DNA of 32,000 bases, from the NCBI RefSeq assembly GCF_000025925.1, contig NC_014033.1, positions 1,740,001 through 1,772,000 of the forward strand, written 5' to 3'. Positions 25,476 through 30,073 of this stretch are shown piece after piece; the first letter of the stretch is position 1, and every line of letters starts with the position of its first letter. Made by a program: the position numbers and the translations under genes. The DNA is from Xylanibacter ruminicola 23. Its GTDB lineage: Bacteria > Bacteroidota > Bacteroidia > Bacteroidales > Bacteroidaceae. Under the pieces are notes generated by a model. It saw nothing but the letters and a program-made list of their open reading frames with translations. It searched no databases and was not told the origin of the DNA.

Positions 25476-27092
25476 TTATTTCTTCTTTAGGTACTTTGCT
25501 AATGCACTATGGTTGGCGCGCAGACCCTTGGCCACACACTGGGCGCTGGTTTTGGCACCCAGCAGCGATGTGTGGGTGTGGTCCTGCTTAAAGTATTTCT
25601 CGGCTTTGGCCTTGCTGCCACATTTCTGGTCGTAGAAGTCGGCAGCCAGATTGTGCAGATCCACAAACTCTACGCCCGTTTCCTTTACCACCTGACGGTA
25701 CCAGGCACCATACGAGTCGTTGCGACGCTCTATCTTACCGCTCTCCCACTCGTTGCGCGGGGTGAGTGATACCAGAATAGGTGTAGCACCTTTTTCGCGT
25801 ACGTCCTGAATAAACTTTTTCAGATACCAGCCAAAGCTGTAAACCACCTCGTACGAACCGTTCTGAAGGCGATATACATGACAGCTGTCCTGGCCTGTGG
25901 CGATGGCTGCACGATATTTGGGTGCATCGATGGCGCCCGTATCGTTATGACCAAACTGGATGAGCACGAAATCGCCGGGTTGCAAGCTGTTATACACCTG
26001 CTCCCAACGGCCCTCGTTCAGATAGGTACGACAGCTACGACCTGCCTTGGCGGCATTCACAATACTGATTTTGTTTTCATCAAACACCGTATTGGCCACG
26101 GCGCCCCAGCCCCACATGCCGTCCTTATCCTTATCGGCATTCTTCACGGTGCTGTCGCCAGTGATAAACACCACGGGCTTACCATCGGTACGGTCCACCT
26201 GCCAGGTGTTCAGTTCCACGTTCTGCATCATCGCCTTCAGCGGGTTCAGCGCAGGGTTGCGGCTGGCCATCAGGCCCTCGGCAGCCGAACGGGCATTCAT
26301 CATCGCACCAAAACGACTGGTATGAATCTTATCCAGGAAGAAGTGGTAATCGGTTTTCCAGGCACCATAGCTATCCAGCTTTCGGCCCGATATCTCGTTC
26401 AGGTCGATAAAGGGCACGCCCTCTTCGGCAGCCACCTGCATCAGCCACTGGGTGTGAGGTTTGCGGATAATCTTGCCGTTCTCGTCGTAGGCATTGCGCG
26501 GGGTGAGCGACATCAGGATGGGGTTACCGCCCTGCGCACGTACATCATTAATATACTTACGCATGTAGCCGCCATAGGTATAAACGGTTTCGTGCTCGCC
26601 GGTCTCCTTGATCACCACCTGCAGCGAGTCATCGCCCACGCCGGGGATACTGGCACGCGCGCGGCCCTCGTCGTAGGGTCCGTTATCGTTATGGCCGATA
26701 CTGATAATCACCCAGTCGCCCGGACGGATAGCCTGCTTGATGGGCTGCCACAACTTGTTGTAGAAGGTACGACTACTCATACCGCCAAGTGCCTGATTCT
26801 CAACGGTTATCTTATCGGCATTAAAGTATTCGTGTGCATAGTAGCCCCAGCCCCACTGACCGTTGTTACCATTACCCAAGGTACCCGTACGCATGGTTGA
26901 GTTACCTATCAGAAACAGCACGGGATTGTTACCTTTTCTACTCGAACCAGGCACGGGGCGTGCCGTCATCGCCTTGGCTATACTGTCGGGCGTGTTGTCC
27001 ACCACCCCATTCACATCCTTTGGTGCCTCGGCCACCTGTGCCTGCGCGCCCAGCGCGCAAGCCATCATGCATAGTGCAAACAGTCGTTTCAT
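25476..27092 (-). CDS. Secreted tandem SGNH/GDSL esterase: two CE12-type rhamnogalacturonan acetylesterase modules
   Basis: The start is taken at ATG 27092, giving the signal peptide MKRLFALCMMACALGAQAQ, 1 nt after the AKR stop. Module 1 has LFLIGNSTMR, GWGY, ISIGHNDN and IHTSR. Module 2 has VFITGDSTVKN, WGWG, IQFGHNDT and DHTHTS. Confidence 0.8.
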   Translation of the reverse strand: MKRLFALCMMACALGAQAQVAEAPKDVNGVVDNTPDSIAKAMTARPVPGSSRKGNNPVLFLIGNSTMRTGTLGNGNNGQWGWGYYAHEYFNADKITVENQALGGMSSRTFYNKLWQPIKQAIRPGDWVIISIGHNDNGPYDEGRARASIPGVGDDSLQVVIKETGEHETVYTYGGYMRKYINDVRAQGGNPILMSLTPRNAYDENGKIIRKPHTQWLMQVAAEEGVPFIDLNEISGRKLDSYGAWKTDYHFFLDKIHTSRFGAMMNARSAAEGLMASRNPALNPLKAMMQNVELNTWQVDRTDGKPVVFITGDSTVKNADKDKDGMWGWGAVANTVFDENKISIVNAAKAGRSCRTYLNEGRWEQVYNSLQPGDFVLIQFGHNDTGAIDAPKYRAAIATGQDSCHVYRLQNGSYEVVYSFGWYLKKFIQDVREKGATPILVSLTPRNEWESGKIERRNDSYGAWYRQVVKETGVEFVDLHNLAADFYDQKCGSKAKAEKYFKQDHTHTSLLGAKTSAQCVAKGLRANHSALAKYLKKK

Positions 27093-27093
27093 C

Positions 27094-28065
27094 TTACAAC
27101 ACATCATCAAACGGAGCAGCACTTACACACTTCAGGTTCTTCTCTAACTGTGCGGTTGAGCTGGCACCTACCAATACCGATGTCACACCCTTCTGGTGCA
27201 GCACCCATGCCAGGGCCATCTCGGCCAATGTCTCATCGCGACTGGTAGCTATCTCGTTATATCTCTTCAGCTTGGCCAACAACTCGGGTGTCAGCATTTC
27301 CTCCTTCAGGAACTTACCCTTCGACATTCTGCTATCAGCTGGCACGCCATTCAGATAGCGATCGGTTAACAATCCCTGAGCCAGTGGCGAGAATGAGATA
27401 AAGCCCACGCCCTCTTCGGCACAGAAATCCAGAATGCCCTCTTCCATTGGTTCACGATCCAACATATTCAGTCGACCCTGATAAATCAACAACGGTACAT
27501 CGCGCTCACGCAGATACTTGGCAGCAAATCGAGCTGCTTCGAGCGGCCAACGCGAAATGCCAATATACAAAGCCTTACCCTGGCGGACGATATCCACCAA
27601 TGCCTGCAACGTTTCCTCGAGTGGTGTCTCCGGGTCGTAACGGTGACTGTAGAACAAATCCACGTAATCTATCTTCATGCGTTTCAGACTCTGGTCCAGG
27701 CTCGCCATCAGATATTTGCGGCTGCCCCAGTTGCCATAAGGTCCAGGCCACATATCGTAACCTGCCTTGCTCGAAATAAACAGCTCGTCGCGATAGGGTC
27801 GGAAGTCCTCGTCCATCAGTCGGCCCATCGTCTCCTCGGCCGAGCCATACACCGGTCCGTAGTTGTTAGCTAAGTCGAAGTGGGTAATGCCATGGTCGAA
27901 AGCATAATGTGTTATCTCGCGACTGCGCTCATAGGGGTCAACACTACCAAAGTTATGCCAGAATCCTAAGCTCACCTTTGGCAGCAACACACCCGAGCGT
28001 CCGCAACGCTCAAACTCCATCCCATTATCGTAGCGGTTCTTATCCGCAAAGTAATTTTCCTTCAT
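27094..28065 (-). CDS. Aldo-keto reductase of the YghZ/Gpr (L-glyceraldehyde-3-phosphate reductase) type
   Basis: 323 aa and collinear with E. coli YghZ at SLGFWHNFG, GITHFDLANNYGP.YGSAEE, SKAGYDMWPGPYG..GSRKYL.ASLDQSLKRM and GKALY.GIS. It has no signal peptide. Confidence 0.88.
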   Translation of the reverse strand: MKENYFADKNRYDNGMEFERCGRSGVLLPKVSLGFWHNFGSVDPYERSREITHYAFDHGITHFDLANNYGPVYGSAEETMGRLMDEDFRPYRDELFISSKAGYDMWPGPYGNWGSRKYLMASLDQSLKRMKIDYVDLFYSHRYDPETPLEETLQALVDIVRQGKALYIGISRWPLEAARFAAKYLRERDVPLLIYQGRLNMLDREPMEEGILDFCAEEGVGFISFSPLAQGLLTDRYLNGVPADSRMSKGKFLKEEMLTPELLAKLKRYNEIATSRDETLAEMALAWVLHQKGVTSVLVGASSTAQLEKNLKCVSAAPFDDVL

Positions 28066-28094
28066 AGATAGTTAATGTTTTAGTAATTTTGCTG

Positions 28095-28102
28095 CAAAGA
28101 TA
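28095..28102 (-). promoter_or_regulatory. -7 box candidate (TATCTTTG on the minus strand) for the ten-gene rhamnose/pectin operon
   Basis: Matches TAnnTTTG 29 nt upstream of the AKR ATG (28065) and downstream of the terminator of the preceding minus-strand gene. Confidence 0.5.
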
Positions 28103-28165
28103 GCGAATAATTGCGAAACTCCATTAGGAATATCGTTCATTTTTGTACAAAATTGTATGTTTTGG

Positions 28166-28207
28166 CATAAAAAAATAACAGAGGCATGCAATCACTGCAG
28201 GCCTCTG
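28166..28207 (-). terminator. Rho-independent terminator of the small OM beta-barrel gene
   Basis: Hairpin CAGAGGCATGCA/atcac/TGCAGGCCTCTG (28179-28207, one A-G mismatch). On the minus strand it is followed by TTATTTTTTTAT. Confidence 0.6.
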
Positions 28208-28251
28208 CCGAATTATTCTACATTATTCTCTTTTAAAAAAATGGATTCTTT

Positions 28252-28794
28252 TTAGAATGGGATCTTATAGCCCAGAGTCAGCATAATCACGCTGTTCTTG
28301 TTTTTTCCTACATCCTTACCAACATTAGTAAGACCGAGGTTGTAACGGGCATCGACAACGAAATCACCAAACTCGTAGGCAGCACCCAGAGGAATTGAGA
28401 AATCAGTCTTGTTGCAGAGCTCCTTAAAGTCAAGACCTTCAGCCTTAGCCTTGGTCATGAAACCAACCTGTACACCAGCCTTCAGGGCCAAACCAGGAGC
28501 CACATACACGTTGGCCAGTACAGGCACGTTGATATACTCCAGATTGTTTTTCGTGCCGTCGGCCTTAGCACCCTGCTGGGTGTAGAGCAGACCAGCTGTC
28601 AGTCCGAAGTTGTCGGTGCACATATAGCCCACCTCGGCACCGGCCACCAGACCAAACTTCATGTCGTTGTCGTTGTTAGTCACAGTAGCTAGTGTAGCAC
28701 CTACCATAGGCTTCAAGTATGCCTTACCAGCCACCTGGGCGTTAACAGTCACAGCTGCAATCATCATAGCAGCAATCATCATAAGCTTTTTCAT
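28252..28794 (-). CDS. Small outer-membrane beta-barrel protein (OmpW/OmpX-like, 'porin family')
   Basis: 180 aa with the signal peptide MKKLMMIAAMMIAAVTVNAQ. It shows alternating hydrophobic beta-strand patterns, aromatic girdle residues and a C-terminal ..LGYKIPF (terminal Phe OMP signature). Confidence 0.7.
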   Translation of the reverse strand: MKKLMMIAAMMIAAVTVNAQVAGKAYLKPMVGATLATVTNNDNDMKFGLVAGAEVGYMCTDNFGLTAGLLYTQQGAKADGTKNNLEYINVPVLANVYVAPGLALKAGVQVGFMTKAKAEGLDFKELCNKTDFSIPLGAAYEFGDFVVDARYNLGLTNVGKDVGKNKNSVIMLTLGYKIPF

Positions 28795-28865
28795 AATCTT
28801 TCCTTGTTTGTTAATAAATAATATTGTTAATAGGATTGTTTCATCACCTTTTTAAGTTTCGTTTG

Positions 28866-28873
28866 CAAATTTA
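28866..28873 (-). promoter_or_regulatory. -7 box candidate (TAAATTTG on the minus strand) for the OM beta-barrel gene
   Basis: Matches TAnnTTTG 71 nt upstream of the ATG at 28794. Confidence 0.4.
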
Positions 28874-28954
28874 GACATTTCTTCGACACAATAGAACAAT
28901 ATTTGTGTTAATAAATATTAATCAACCCAAAATTCTCATATTTATGTCATAAAA

Positions 28955-28986
28955 TTTGGATTTTCATAAAATACTTTGTATATTTG
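28955..28986 (+). promoter_or_regulatory. Bacteroidetes-type promoter candidate for the lipoprotein / PBP-C13 operon
   Basis: TTTG at 28955-28958 and TATATTTG at 28979-28986 with 20 nt between them. The -7 box lies inside the track ORF's first codons, which argues that the real start is the ATG at 29012. Confidence 0.55.
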
Positions 28987-29011
28987 CAGCATTATTACTA
29001 ACGACGGAACA

Positions 29012-30073
29012 ATGACGAGAAACAATCTTTTGACACTATTACTGGGTATTTTTATCATTTTAACAGGCTGTACGAAAGACGGCGATACGATATACCAGAT
29101 AAATCCTGACGAGGAGAAGCCAAGCACGGCTCCGCTCGTCACCGTGATCTATGGCCCTAACAGTCTGGGCGACCGCTCGTATTGCGACAAGATTTACAGG
29201 GGTATTGAAGCTTCGGCCACCAAACATGGCATCAGAACCCTACAGTTGATGCCTGAGAGTACGGAGCAGGGCCTGGCCTATCTCGAGATGATGTTCCAGC
29301 AGATGGAGAATGCGCAGGACAGTGTGCGCCGTCTGTTCATCACGCCCAGTCCCGTTTACGATGAGTTTATCCGTAAGAACAACCGCCGTTTGGAGAACAA
29401 CCCTAATGCCGACCTGCTGTATATGGAGACCACTACTCCGCTTGAGGGCAAGGGCTCCACGCTCTACATCGACTATTACGGTGCGATGTATATGGCAGGA
29501 TGCTTCAGCAAATATGCGTTCACTATTGATCTGTCGCTTTTGATACTGGCCAATCCTTACACGCAATCGGTGGTAGAGGCTGGAGAGGGCTTTGTGGATG
29601 GTTTTAACGATAGCGAAACTAAATGGGAATGGAAAAAACCAATCAAGATAAAGTATCTGAGCGACGAACCCGGTGGCGGATTCCAACTGGCTGACACCAC
29701 TGCACTGCGCATATACCAAGAGGTTGCTAACAACGAGGAAGACGCTAATATTTGTGTGGTGCCCGTTTGCGGCGGTGCCATGAATGCCTTCTACCGCATC
29801 CTACCTCCTTTAAGTAAATATATATGCATTGATGATTATATCTCCCTGAATGGTCCATTTAACTACGGTAACGTCATCAAGCATATAGACAGGGTACTGG
29901 ACGACTATATAGAGAAATGGTTAAACGCCACGATGCCCAAACACCAGACGTTTGGACTGGCTGATGGTGGCACGGAGTTCAATTTTGGCGAAGATTTCGG
30001 TTTCAAAGATTCAGTAGTGGACAGTGTGCGCCAAGTAGCCATCAGAAAGGAGGGGGAACGGTATGGTAAGTGA
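29012..30073 (+). CDS. Lipoprotein with a BMP/PnrA-like (periplasmic-binding-protein fold) sequence pattern
   Basis: The ATG at 29012 gives MTRNNLLTLLLGIFIILTGC (lipobox). It is collinear with BMP-family landmarks: VIYGPNSLGDRSYCDKIYRGIEA (compare G..DKSFNQ....G...A), YGAMYMAGCF, VPVCGGAMNAFY, ICIDDY and FGLADGG. Confidence 0.6.
   Translation: MTRNNLLTLLLGIFIILTGCTKDGDTIYQINPDEEKPSTAPLVTVIYGPNSLGDRSYCDKIYRGIEASATKHGIRTLQLMPESTEQGLAYLEMMFQQMENAQDSVRRLFITPSPVYDEFIRKNNRRLENNPNADLLYMETTTPLEGKGSTLYIDYYGAMYMAGCFSKYAFTIDLSLLILANPYTQSVVEAGEGFVDGFNDSETKWEWKKPIKIKYLSDEPGGGFQLADTTALRIYQEVANNEEDANICVVPVCGGAMNAFYRILPPLSKYICIDDYISLNGPFNYGNVIKHIDRVLDDYIEKWLNATMPKHQTFGLADGGTEFNFGEDFGFKDSVVDSVRQVAIRKEGERYGK

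Noticed and set aside
25878-26900. 340-aa plus-strand ORF antisense to the double CE12 esterase
   Set aside because: It is a shadow ORF; the minus-strand frame carries two complete sets of SGNH motifs.
27093-27122. Upstream start (27122) for the CE12 esterase ORF
   Set aside because: It would overlap the AKR gene by 29 nt. The ATG at 27092 gives MKRLFALC..AQAQ, a clean signal peptide, 1 nt after the AKR stop.
28976-29011. Track start at 28976 for the first lipoprotein, and the 66-aa minus-strand ORF at 28942-29142
   Set aside because: The TATATTTG -7 box (28979-28986) lies inside these codons. The ATG at 29012 yields a canonical lipoprotein signal. The 66-aa ORF overlaps the promoter and the 5' end of the CDS and has no supporting features.
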